This document shows positions 37,782 to 46,748 of a DNA stretch of 46,800 nt, one piece after another. How positions within the stretch are numbered: position 1 is the first letter of the stretch; each line of letters begins with the position of its first letter. The position numbers were made by a program, and so were the translations under genes. Under the pieces are notes generated by a model that saw only the letters and a list, made by a program, of their open reading frames with translations, made no database searches and was not told where the DNA came from. This DNA comes from Acidobacteriaceae bacterium (lineage in GTDB: Bacteria; Acidobacteriota; Terriglobia; Terriglobales; Acidobacteriaceae), in the NCBI GenBank assembly GCA_035552995.1, contig DATNEM010000069.1, forward strand, positions 1 to 46,800, given 5' to 3'.

Positions 37782-37926
37782 CCCCCTCCCCCATACCTGG
37801 GTATCCAAGCTATCCCTTCTAAAGGACTTAGGAGGTCAAGGTATACGATACTTTAAATCAAAAAGCCGCAGCGATTTTGCCGCGGCCGTCGAGCCAATTT
37901 CTTACTCTAAATCCATTATAGCTGGT
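37782..37926. repeat. Composite intergenic element, copy B
   Basis: CCCCCTCCCCC, unit CAAGCTATCCCTTCTAAAGGACTTA, a second degenerate unit 31 nt later, a hairpin, then TATAGCTGGT; same order as 18880-19045. Confidence 0.5.
37855..37886 (-). terminator. Rho-independent terminator
   Basis: Minus strand reads GCCGCGGC-AAAATC-GCTGCGGC-TTTTTGATTT. Confidence 0.72.
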
Positions 37927-38021
37927 GCACCAAAACTACTATGCCACCTTTTCAAAAAAATTATCCGCCTGAGAATGAGGAGGATACGAGCGCAAGAGAG
38001 CAAAAGGGGACTTGACAGCAA

Positions 38022-38630
38022 TCAGACGTAGGGCGGCTCTTCGCTCTCCTCCAAGGGCTCTGCGGCGGCCCGGCGCGCGCGGAGCTTTGAGATGAATCCT
38101 TCCGCAAAGTTGCGCGCCTGTCCGGCGAGGACGGCAATGCGCTGCGCGGGAACTTTGAGGCCATGACCGATCGCCTCGACCACCTCTGCTGTGGTGTTGA
38201 GCGCCGCGGTCACCATGCCATCCACGCGGGCGACCTGCCGCTGCGCGCGGACATTGGCATCGGCGATGGTAGCGTCGCAGTGCTGGACGACAGCCTTGGC
38301 GGTCCGGCTGGTCTCCTTCAGGGTTTCGCTGGTCTCGACGAAGTTGGCGGTGATGACCTTGATCTTGGGCGCAGTCTCCGTGAGAAGGTCGCGGCCCGTA
38401 CGCCCCACCTCGGCGGCGACGTCCAGCAGCGGCAGCATCTTGCCCTTGAACTCTTCCGCGGCCGCGCCCAATTCGCGCATCATCTTCATCGCCTTTACAG
38501 CGAAGACGATGAGCACGATACCCAAGCCCAGCACAGCCAGGATGATCAACCCGATCAGGACCATGATCAGGCGGTTGGTTACACCCAAGTCGGATTGCTG
38601 CAGCCACATTGCCAAGCCGAACGTCGCCAT
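38022..38630 (-). CDS. DUF948/YtxG-like membrane-anchored coiled-coil protein
   Basis: GGAAGGA RBS before MATFG; single TM then a long amphipathic helix; located downstream of a YtxH-like gene. Confidence 0.7.
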   Translation of the reverse strand: MATFGLAMWLQQSDLGVTNRLIMVLIGLIILAVLGLGIVLIVFAVKAMKMMRELGAAAEEFKGKMLPLLDVAAEVGRTGRDLLTETAPKIKVITANFVETSETLKETSRTAKAVVQHCDATIADANVRAQRQVARVDGMVTAALNTTAEVVEAIGHGLKVPAQRIAVLAGQARNFAEGFISKLRARRAAAEPLEESEEPPYV

Positions 38631-38729
38631 AGACGAATTACTTCCTTCCGCCGCGAGTAGGATTGCCGGGCCCATACGGATCGAGCACGCAGCGATGACG
38701 CATTGTGCGCGGTCGTTGCGATTCGCCGT

Positions 38730-39173
38730 TCAGGCCTGCGGATCCAGGGTGGTGTTGGTATAGGCTTCCGTGCCTGCATCGACCGCCGCGCCTACCTTGG
38801 CCTGCTGCTCATTCACCATGTTGCGACCCTTTTCCGCGTACTGGCTCCACTGGGTGCGGCCCTTTTCGTAATACTCGCGGCCCTTGTCGGCGTAGGCGCT
38901 GGCCTGTTGCTTGCCCTGTTCGACCAGGTCGGAGGCCTTCTGCTTGCCCTGCTCGTAATACTGGCGGCCCTGGTCCGCGTATTCCGATGCCTTCTGCTTA
39001 CCCTGCTCGATCAGTTCTTCTGCGCGTTCCCTGGCCTCACGCGCGCCATTCATGATGTCGTCGCGGGTTTCCTTGCCGGCCTTGGGCGCATAGAGCACGC
39101 CGAGAAGCGCGCCGAGGCTCAATCCTGCCACAAACCATCCAAGTCCGCCCGATCCATTGTCGTTGTCTGCCAT
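38730..39173 (-). CDS. YtxH domain protein
   Basis: AGGAG RBS; FVAGLSLGALLGVLYAPKAGKETR signature; repeated EQGKQ(K/Q)AS units. Confidence 0.88.
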   Translation of the reverse strand: MADNDNGSGGLGWFVAGLSLGALLGVLYAPKAGKETRDDIMNGAREARERAEELIEQGKQKASEYADQGRQYYEQGKQKASDLVEQGKQQASAYADKGREYYEKGRTQWSQYAEKGRNMVNEQQAKVGAAVDAGTEAYTNTTLDPQA

Positions 39174-39538
39174 CGCTCGTCTCCTGTTTCCTGCGCGTTC
39201 CGGGCGGCGACCTGCCGCCGGCTTGTCGATACGGAATTCTACCGGAATGTGCCGTCGGCGGTTGGCTGCTCTCCGCCACCTCTGTGCACGATTGCCGTGT
39301 CTTGCTGTGCGATGCCACGAGGGTGGTGCAGGTTGCGCCGGGGATCGCGCGGGCGTTCGTGTCACCATTTTCCGGTAGCTGCGCGTCCAATCAATAGAAG
39401 AACCGGGAAGCCGATCGCACCTCAGCTTTTCGCATCGCACCTCAGCGTTTCGCTTTGGGCTGGCATAGAAAGTATTCGTGCGGATATAGCCGCTCAACAG
39501 GCTCAGGGAGTATTGTTAGCTGCATTGAAAGGGAACGG

Positions 39539-40672
39539 ATGAACGGACAGAGGATTCTCTCGGCTGCTGCAACAGTAGGGCTGGCTCTCGCGCTTGCCGT
39601 AGGCGTCGCAGGCTGCAAAAGCTCCACGGCGGATGACGCCACGCTGAACACGCAGGTGCAGAGCAAGCTCTTCTCCGACCAGGCACTGCGCGGCGAGCAG
39701 ATACAGACGGCGGTTTCCGGCGGCGTAGTGACGCTAAACGGAACGGTATCCAGCGATGCGGTGCGGTCCGGGGCGGCGGGCGACGCCGCCCGTGTGGCCG
39801 GAATAAAGACGGTGGTGAACAATCTGACGGTGCAGGCTCCCATGGCAACGGCGGCAACGCAAGCGTCGCAGCCCATGCCTGTACAGGCGACGCCAGCCCC
39901 CCCGCGGATTACGGAAAAGCCTTCCCCGGAGAGGCATGACCGCGACCGAGATCGCGATCGCGGCCATGACAGGCCGCAGCCGGCCCCGATTGTGCGAAGC
40001 GCGCCTCCTGCTCAGCCGCCGCCTGCCCAAATGGCCCAGGCACAGCCGATGGCGCCGCCGCAGCCTCAGGCTCCGCCGCCTCCGCCGCAGCCGGTGGTGC
40101 GTGCGATCACCCTGCCTGCGGGAACAGCAATTCCGATTCGCATCACGCAAACACTGGACAGCGCAACGACGCAGACGGGTGACAAGTTCACCGGCAGCGT
40201 GGCCTCCGACATTGTGGTGGACGGCCTGGTGGTGCTGCCGCAGGGCGCGCCTGTGACCGGCCATGTGGATGAGGCCAAGGATGCGGCGCACTTTAAAGGC
40301 AGTTCGCTGCTGACCATTTCGTTGAGCTCCATCTCGCATCGCGGCGAACGGATCGATTGCTCGACCGAGCCATATTCAAAAGAAGGCGCTGGCCGCGGCA
40401 AGAACACCGCGGAAAAGACCGGAGGTGGTGCCGCTGTTGGCGCAATCCTCGGTGGCATTCTCGGCGGCGGCAAGGGCGCTGCCATCGGCGCGGCAACCGG
40501 CGGCGGCATTGGCGCCGGGGTCAACGGCGTCACGCGCGGCCAGCAGGTGCAGATTCCTTCGGAGAGTGTGGTCCGGTTTAAGCTCGCCGATCCCATCATC
40601 GTGCACGTAACCACTGGGGGCGGCCCGGACGACGGCGCTGCTCCCGGACTTCAGCGCCACAGCGACCAGTAG
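39539..40672 (+). CDS. BON domain lipoprotein with Pro-rich linker and glycine-zipper C-domain
   Basis: Lipobox VAGC; DDATL...GVVTLNGTV...VVNNL BON motif; GAAVGAILGGILGGGKGAAIGA. Confidence 0.85.
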   Translation: MNGQRILSAAATVGLALALAVGVAGCKSSTADDATLNTQVQSKLFSDQALRGEQIQTAVSGGVVTLNGTVSSDAVRSGAAGDAARVAGIKTVVNNLTVQAPMATAATQASQPMPVQATPAPPRITEKPSPERHDRDRDRDRGHDRPQPAPIVRSAPPAQPPPAQMAQAQPMAPPQPQAPPPPPQPVVRAITLPAGTAIPIRITQTLDSATTQTGDKFTGSVASDIVVDGLVVLPQGAPVTGHVDEAKDAAHFKGSSLLTISLSSISHRGERIDCSTEPYSKEGAGRGKNTAEKTGGGAAVGAILGGILGGGKGAAIGAATGGGIGAGVNGVTRGQQVQIPSESVVRFKLADPIIVHVTTGGGPDDGAAPGLQRHSDQ

Positions 40673-40680
40673 CGCGGCGC

Positions 40681-40706
40681 ACGCCTCGCAGCTGAGGCGT
40701 CTTTTT
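40681..40706 (+). terminator. Rho-independent terminator
   Basis: ACGCCTC-GCAGCT-GAGGCGT-CTTTTT just after the stop codon. Confidence 0.75.
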
Positions 40707-40898
40707 GGCCGCATTCGGCTGTCGCTTGCGGCATTTTCTCTCGGCCGTAACCAGGACGCGCTATCGTAAGTTGAGGCGCGCTTCGCAAGCGATTGCAACG
40801 GCACGCGCAGGGCAACCTGAACTCGTTGCGGCGCACCTAAAATCGCTGTCTCCTCCATGCAGCATCGCTGTCCCTCCGCACGAACGTTGAGGTAGTAC

Positions 40899-42740
40899 TT
40901 GACGAAGGAAACGCACACTCCAGCGGGCTTCCTGGCCCTCACGCTGCACGCGCACCTTCCATACGTGGTGAACCACGGCACCTGGCCGCATGGGCTGGAG
41001 TGGCTGCACGAGGTGGCCGCGGAAACTTATCTGCCTTTGCTGCGCGTGCTCGGGCGGCTGGAGCGGGACGGCATCCCGGCGAACTTCAACCTCAACCTTT
41101 CGCCGGTTCTGCTGGAGCAGTTGTCGCATCCCCATTTCGTCGCGGAGTTCCCGCAATATCTCGAACGCAAGATGACTGCCGCCCGCGAGGACGAAGCATT
41201 CTTTTTGCAAATGGGGGATAACCATCTGGCGGAGACAGCTCGGATGTGGGGCCGGTTCTTCTCAACGGCTCTTGAGGATTTTCGCGCGCTGAACGGTGAC
41301 ATCGTCTCGGGCTTCCGGCGATTTGCCGACGCAGGAATGATCGAGACCCTGACCTGCGCAGCGACCCATGGTTACCTACCGCTGCTGGGAACTGACGAGA
41401 GCGTGCGCGCGCAGGTGCGCGTCGCGGTGCAGGCACACACGCGGCACATGGGACGCAGGCCGCGCGGTATCTGGGTGCCGGAATGCGGCTACCGACCGGC
41501 CGGCGAGTGGAAATATCCCGTCAACGGCGCGGGCGGAACCGATCTCGGCGGGGCTTTCGAACGCATTGGCGTGGAGCACGCCCTGGCGGAGAGCGAGATC
41601 GAATACTTTTTCGTCGATTCGCACCTGGTCGAAGAGTCGCTGCGGGCTCCCTCTCCCTACGGGCCGCCGGAGAGCCGTGTACCGCGCACGCCGCAACTGG
41701 AGCGCGTGACGCATGGCGCCGAGCGGAGTCTCTATCAGCCGTATTATGTGGATGGTCCGTACGACAAGCGCTTCGCCGCAACCGTGTTTCCGCGCGATCC
41801 GAATACAGGGATGCAGGTGTGGTCCGGGGATGCGGGCTATCCCGCCGACGCGAATTATCTGGACTTCCACAAGAAGCGTTTCCCCGGCGGCCATCGCTAC
41901 TGGCGGGTGACCGGCCCGAGAGTCGACATTGGCGACAAGGATGTCTACGGACCGGAGCAGGCAGCCGTGCATGTGGAAGAACACGCGGCACACTTTGTGG
42001 GATTGGTGGAAAAGGCCCTGGCAGGCGGCATGAGCAAGGCGATTCCCCCCGTCCTCTGCGCGCCGTTTGACGCGGAGCTGTTTGGCCATTGGTGGTTTGA
42101 AGGAGCCATGTGGCTGGAAGCCGTCTGCCGGAAAGTCCATGCCAGCGAGACCATCGCTGCGATCACGTGCAGCGAATATCTCGACAGCTATCCGCGCGCC
42201 GGATTCATCACCATGCCGGAAGGTTCATGGGGCGCTGAGGGAAGCCATCAGGTGTGGTTCAATCCCGAGACATCGTGGACCTACTCGCACCTCTATTCGG
42301 CTGAACTCTATACCCGCGAGCTATGCACCGCGGCACAGTGGCGCGAGACAGAGCTGGGCGCTCGCATTGTGAAGCAGCTATGCCGCGAGCTGCTGCTGCT
42401 GGAGTCATCCGACTGGCAGTTCCTGATCACCACCGGGGCGGCGCGCGACTATGCGGAACAGCGCTTCCTCACGCACAACGATCAATTCATCGAGTTGAAG
42501 ACGATGTGGGAGGCGCTTCGAGCCGACGGCGGGTTGAATGAGCATCTTTCGGCGCGGCTTGCCGAGATCGAACAGCGCGACAGTGTCTTTCCCGATATCG
42601 ATCCATGCCTGTGGGCCGAGGGAAGCTGCGCCCGGCAGGTGATGGAGAAGGCGAATAGCGGCACAGAGGATCCCGGGGACCGGCCCAAGGCGCCCGCAGC
42701 CGAGCGGACGATCAGGGAATTCCGCGCCGCATCCGAGTGA
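40899..42740 (+). CDS. GH57 1,4-alpha-glucan branching enzyme (DUF1957)
   Basis: HAHLP, ETYLP, WVPECGY (Glu nucleophile), DAELFGHWWFEG (Asp) and ESSDWQF. Confidence 0.92.
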   Translation: MTKETHTPAGFLALTLHAHLPYVVNHGTWPHGLEWLHEVAAETYLPLLRVLGRLERDGIPANFNLNLSPVLLEQLSHPHFVAEFPQYLERKMTAAREDEAFFLQMGDNHLAETARMWGRFFSTALEDFRALNGDIVSGFRRFADAGMIETLTCAATHGYLPLLGTDESVRAQVRVAVQAHTRHMGRRPRGIWVPECGYRPAGEWKYPVNGAGGTDLGGAFERIGVEHALAESEIEYFFVDSHLVEESLRAPSPYGPPESRVPRTPQLERVTHGAERSLYQPYYVDGPYDKRFAATVFPRDPNTGMQVWSGDAGYPADANYLDFHKKRFPGGHRYWRVTGPRVDIGDKDVYGPEQAAVHVEEHAAHFVGLVEKALAGGMSKAIPPVLCAPFDAELFGHWWFEGAMWLEAVCRKVHASETIAAITCSEYLDSYPRAGFITMPEGSWGAEGSHQVWFNPETSWTYSHLYSAELYTRELCTAAQWRETELGARIVKQLCRELLLLESSDWQFLITTGAARDYAEQRFLTHNDQFIELKTMWEALRADGGLNEHLSARLAEIEQRDSVFPDIDPCLWAEGSCARQVMEKANSGTEDPGDRPKAPAAERTIREFRAASE

Positions 42741-42848
42741 GAATCAGATACAGAATTGCCGTCCAGGACGCGGCCAATGTGCGCTTTAAAGCGTATAAGG
42801 AAATGGCTGCGCATATTGCAACTCATCCGAGGAGATAATCTGGACCCC

Positions 42849-44159
42849 ATGAAGCCGACAACAAGACACACGCGACGACGTTTTCTCTCGAACGGGCTTG
42901 CCGTTTCCGGCGGCCTCGCACTCTCCCGATCCTCCGCGTTCGCGCAGGCGATGCAGGCCAGCGGCTCGGCCGGAGCCCCGGACATCACCGGGCGCAACTC
43001 GCTGAAGGCCCACGCGGCGGCGCACGGACTGCTTACCGGCGCAGCTGTTGAGGCGCAATTGCTGGCCTCCAATGCCGGCGTGGCGAAAATCGTCACCGAC
43101 CAGTACAGCATTCTTGTGGCGGAGAACTCCATGAAGGTGGGGCCGATGCGGCCTACGCCGACCACATACTCCTTCGAAGGGGGCGACGCGCTGGTCGCAT
43201 TCGGCGATGCACACGGCATCAAGGTCCGCGGGCATAACCTGTGCTGGCACGCCCAGCTTCCTAGCTGGTTCAATTCGTATGTCACGAAAGACAACGCGAA
43301 GCAGGTGTTGGTGGACCACATCAGCACGGTCGCGGGTCACTTCAAGGGCAAGCTGCATTCGTGGGACGTGGTGAACGAAGCGATCAACGTGAAGGATGGC
43401 ATGCCGGGCGGGATGCGGAACGGGCCTTGGTACAAGCTGCTTCCGGACTTTATCCCGATCGCATTTCGGGCAGCTCGTGCCGCCGATCCCAACGTGCTGC
43501 TGACTTACAACGACTATGGCATTGAAACGGACAGCCCGGACGATACAGCCAAGCGCGCCGCCATTCTGGAACTGGTGCGCGGCATGAAGGCGGACAAAGT
43601 ACCGATCGATGCCGTGGGCATCCAGTCGCACATTCACGCCGGGTGGTCCACCGCGGACGGGAAGGGTTTGCGCGAATGGATGCGCACGCTGCGCGGGATG
43701 GGATTGAAGCTCTTCGTCACCGAGCTGGACATCAATGACGACACGCTGAAGACAGATGACCCGGCCGAAATCGACGCCGCGGTCGCGAAGACTTATCGCG
43801 AATATCTGGATGTCATTATGAGCGAGCCGGCGGTCACGACGGTGATCACGTGGGGCGTGACTGACGCGCACTCCTGGCTGGCCGGCAGACGGGGCCCGCG
43901 GCCTCCTGGACCGAGGCCGGGTCAACCGGGACAGCCTGGCCAGGCTGCCGCCGGACGACCGCCCGCTCCGCCTGCACAGGCAGAGGTGCAACCACCTCCG
44001 CCACCTGGCCAGGCGGAAGTGGTGCCGCCCGGCCCGCCTCCGGGACAGCAGGTGGCGCAGCATCGTCCGCCGGAGCGGCCTCTGCCCTTCGACGCCGACA
44101 ACAAGCCGAAGCCGGCGTTCTTCGCCATCCGCGACAGCTTTGACACAAGATCGGCCTGA
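42849..44159 (+). CDS. Endo-1,4-beta-xylanase (GH10), Tat-exported
   Basis: TRRRFL twin-arginine signal; ENSMK, RGHNLCWH, WDVVNE, YNDY, GIQSH and VTELD motifs. Confidence 0.92.
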   Translation: MKPTTRHTRRRFLSNGLAVSGGLALSRSSAFAQAMQASGSAGAPDITGRNSLKAHAAAHGLLTGAAVEAQLLASNAGVAKIVTDQYSILVAENSMKVGPMRPTPTTYSFEGGDALVAFGDAHGIKVRGHNLCWHAQLPSWFNSYVTKDNAKQVLVDHISTVAGHFKGKLHSWDVVNEAINVKDGMPGGMRNGPWYKLLPDFIPIAFRAARAADPNVLLTYNDYGIETDSPDDTAKRAAILELVRGMKADKVPIDAVGIQSHIHAGWSTADGKGLREWMRTLRGMGLKLFVTELDINDDTLKTDDPAEIDAAVAKTYREYLDVIMSEPAVTTVITWGVTDAHSWLAGRRGPRPPGPRPGQPGQPGQAAAGRPPAPPAQAEVQPPPPPGQAEVVPPGPPPGQQVAQHRPPERPLPFDADNKPKPAFFAIRDSFDTRSA

Positions 44160-44243
44160 TGGATTGGGCGCGGCAGCCCAGGGAATCGCTCCAGCTGCCG
44201 CGCCCTTTACCTATTGCCAAGTAGCTCAGGCCCCAATCCTGAC

Positions 44244-44260
44244 TTATCCGGCGCGGATAA
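44244..44260. promoter_or_regulatory. Candidate operator palindrome upstream of the XRE regulator
   Basis: Perfect inverted repeat TTATCCG-N3-CGGATAA. Confidence 0.4.
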
Positions 44261-44379
44261 CACTAAAAAGTGCTCTCAAAACCCACGTGTAGCCGTACAC
44301 TTCCCTAGGAACCACACCAAGGCTCTGAGTCACTCCGGTTCAACCGTGGGCTCGCGGGCGTTCTGGAGACTAGCAAGTT

Positions 44380-45120
44380 ATGGGTGGTATCGGGCATAAC
44401 CTCCGCGAAGCGCGGATGCAATGGCAACTGACGCTGCGCGAGGTCGAGGAGCGCAGCTCGCGCATCGCGCAACGCTGGGAGAATCCGGCGTATCGCATTT
44501 CCGCAAGCTGGCTCGACCGTGTGGAGCGCGAGAACCGCGGCCTCTCCGCGACGAAGCTGATCGTGCTCGCCGTGATTTACGGCCTGAGCGCCGAGCAGAT
44601 GATCGCTCTGTGCCCCGCCTCTCACGGAAGCAATTCGCTGGAAACGCTCAAGGAAATCTCCATCCCCAACAACACGCTGCTGCTGGAGAATGGCCAGCTG
44701 GAGCGCCAGGCCCGGCAATGGCTGCCCGATGACCTGGTCACGGAGACTCCGCCGGAAACAACCACCCTGCTGCCCGCGATTTCGGGAGCGCTGCCCAGCC
44801 ACTACCGCCGGGGCATCATTGGCAAGCGGGACCGCACCCTCGACCCGATGATCCGCGCCGGCTCCATCGTCCTGATCGACACACAGAAGCGAGCCATCGC
44901 GAGCCGTCGGGAGTGGACCCACGAATTCGATCGCCCGGTCTATTTCCTTATCGCCCATACCGGTTACGTGGCCGGTTTCTGCGAACTGGACAAGGACGCG
45001 GAGTGGCTTACTCTCGTCCCGCATCCGCTCTCCTATGAAACCAGCAGACGGTGGCGCTTCCGCAAGGAGATCGAGGTCGTTGGAACAGTAGCCGCTTTCT
45101 TTTCGCGCCGCACGGACTGA
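44380..45120 (+). CDS. XRE-family HTH regulator with C-terminal S24/LexA-like beta domain
   Basis: IGHNLREARMQWQLTLREV...ISASWLDRVERE...KLIVLAVIYG HTH; DRTLDPMIRAGSIVLIDT and IEVVGTV resemble the S24 fold. Confidence 0.8.
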   Translation: MGGIGHNLREARMQWQLTLREVEERSSRIAQRWENPAYRISASWLDRVERENRGLSATKLIVLAVIYGLSAEQMIALCPASHGSNSLETLKEISIPNNTLLLENGQLERQARQWLPDDLVTETPPETTTLLPAISGALPSHYRRGIIGKRDRTLDPMIRAGSIVLIDTQKRAIASRREWTHEFDRPVYFLIAHTGYVAGFCELDKDAEWLTLVPHPLSYETSRRWRFRKEIEVVGTVAAFFSRRTD

Positions 45121-45174
45121 ACGTGGGCCTCGCGCGCCTGAACCGCACAACCGGGTTACAGACGGGCAGCGACT

Positions 45175-45717
45175 CTAAATGGCCTGTTGCAACTCGGCGA
45201 GTTCGGCGACGCTTGCTTGTTCGTATAACTCCAACACATGGCGGGTCATCAGGTAGTAGGTTGCGACTGCGCGTTGTGCATAGCTCGCGAACGCCGTTTC
45301 CAGATTGCCGGTGCGGGCAGCGCCCTTCAACCGGCCGATGTGCCACTCCACCTCACGCGCATTGAGGCGAAGTTGCTCGGCGACCACGAGCGCCTCAGGA
45401 TGCCAGCGCTGCACGTAGGTTGCCAGGTCCACCAGCACATGGCAGTTGCGCTCGAGGAGTTCCAGCCCTTCCATACCGCCCAGCATCTGCCAGATGGCAC
45501 CCGGCTCAAGCGCAAAAGCCTCTTTGCCGGATAGGACTGTTGCATCCTGTGCGATAAGCGCAATCTTCTGTCGATCGATCTTTGCGAGGCGTCCCAGCAA
45601 CTGCTCCCAGGTGGCTTCTGAGGAGCGGCGGCCGCGCAGATAATACCGGACGAGGAGCGCGCACAGACCCGCAAAAAAGAATGCAACCAGCCCGAGAAAG
45701 ATGATTCCTCTCACCAT
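45175..45717 (-). CDS. Hypothetical protein with one N-terminal TM and an alpha-helical domain
   Basis: GGAGGAG RBS; 7-nt overlap with the upstream gene; TM followed by RYYLRGRR. Confidence 0.8.
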   Translation of the reverse strand: MVRGIIFLGLVAFFFAGLCALLVRYYLRGRRSSEATWEQLLGRLAKIDRQKIALIAQDATVLSGKEAFALEPGAIWQMLGGMEGLELLERNCHVLVDLATYVQRWHPEALVVAEQLRLNAREVEWHIGRLKGAARTGNLETAFASYAQRAVATYYLMTRHVLELYEQASVAELAELQQAI

Positions 45718-46499
45718 CTCCTCCAGTTCCTGATATGCAGCAGATCATTTTCCACTCGTCGCTGCAAAGTGTAAATCTGCATCAGCATGGCATCGGGCAG
45801 CTCGCGGGGCGCCGGCGCCTCCTGCCAGAGAGTAACGATCCAATAGCCGACACACCCCAAATAGGCGAACTTCACAGCGTCGGAGGTAAAGATATAAGGC
45901 TGCGGTCCGTGAGCGCGCCCGAGATAGCTCTGAACCGAGTCCAGAGCGAAACTGACCATGGAGAACGCTCCAAAACCCTGCGCGATTCTCGCAATGTGGG
46001 TCTTCCATGGCAGGCCCGCCGTGACCGACAGGACCATCATTCCGACAAACAGCTCGCTCATCAGAGCGGAGGTGAACAGATTGCTGCGGTAAAGGAAGGT
46101 CTGATAGTGGCGTACAGTGACGGGCGACACGACCATCGACAGCGCCAATGCCAGGACACAGCTGGCAACGATGAGCCATAGGAAGGCTTGCCGGATGTCG
46201 CGCGCCCATACCCCCGTGGGGCGGAACACGTGTACTGCGAGCTCATAAACCACAGCCAGTTGGATGAGCTCATCCACAAACGCGAGTGGCCAATAGGTGA
46301 GGAAGTAAGGCCATGACTGGACGCCGAAGCGAAACGCCAGAGAGAAAAGAACAATTGTGCGCGCAACATAAAAGACAATCAGGAAGGTGAAGGCAGGGAA
46401 GCTGGCCGCTCGTCTCCGTAGAAATAAAACGGCCAGCAGGGTGCATTCCAGCACAAACCCGCCGGCCCACAAGAATCGTTCGATACCGGATAAGTTCAT
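45711..46499 (-). CDS. Hypothetical 7-TM membrane protein
   Basis: From MNLSGIE: seven hydrophobic segments and a short amphipathic tail; no enzymatic or kinase domain. Confidence 0.82.
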   Translation of the reverse strand: MNLSGIERFLWAGGFVLECTLLAVLFLRRRAASFPAFTFLIVFYVARTIVLFSLAFRFGVQSWPYFLTYWPLAFVDELIQLAVVYELAVHVFRPTGVWARDIRQAFLWLIVASCVLALALSMVVSPVTVRHYQTFLYRSNLFTSALMSELFVGMMVLSVTAGLPWKTHIARIAQGFGAFSMVSFALDSVQSYLGRAHGPQPYIFTSDAVKFAYLGCVGYWIVTLWQEAPAPRELPDAMLMQIYTLQRRVENDLLHIRNWRRW

Positions 46500-46556
46500 T
46501 CTCAGCGCTCCGGCCCGGGCGGCTACCTGGTCTGTAGCATCCCGATCAGAGTTCAA

Positions 46557-46748
46557 CTATAGCGCATGGGCAACGCAATCCGGGCAATCGGGATTCGGGT
46601 CGCCGCCACCCGGACCGTTACCGTTGTTCGCGGGCTGGGAGATGGTTGCGGCTGCAGCTGAGTGGATGGTGACACTGTGGGCGGCGGTGACGCCGAGGAG
46701 GGCGAGGCTGAGCGTGAAAGCGGAAATGCGGAGGGTCTTGAGGGACAT
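46557..46748 (-). CDS. Small secreted peptide precursor (63 aa)
   Basis: Strong AAAAGGAG RBS; Sec-type signal sequence; short mature part ending NNGNGPGGGDPNPDCPDCVAHAL. Confidence 0.75.
   Translation of the reverse strand: MSLKTLRISAFTLSLALLGVTAAHSVTIHSAAAATISQPANNGNGPGGGDPNPDCPDCVAHAL

Noticed and set aside
42786-44063. 425-aa minus-strand ORF
   Set aside because: Antisense shadow of the GH10 gene.
1-44159. A single polysaccharide-utilisation locus from the GH5, GH29, GH20, GH57 and GH10 genes
   Set aside because: The genes are scattered among housekeeping genes; only GH20-nagA is clearly an operon.
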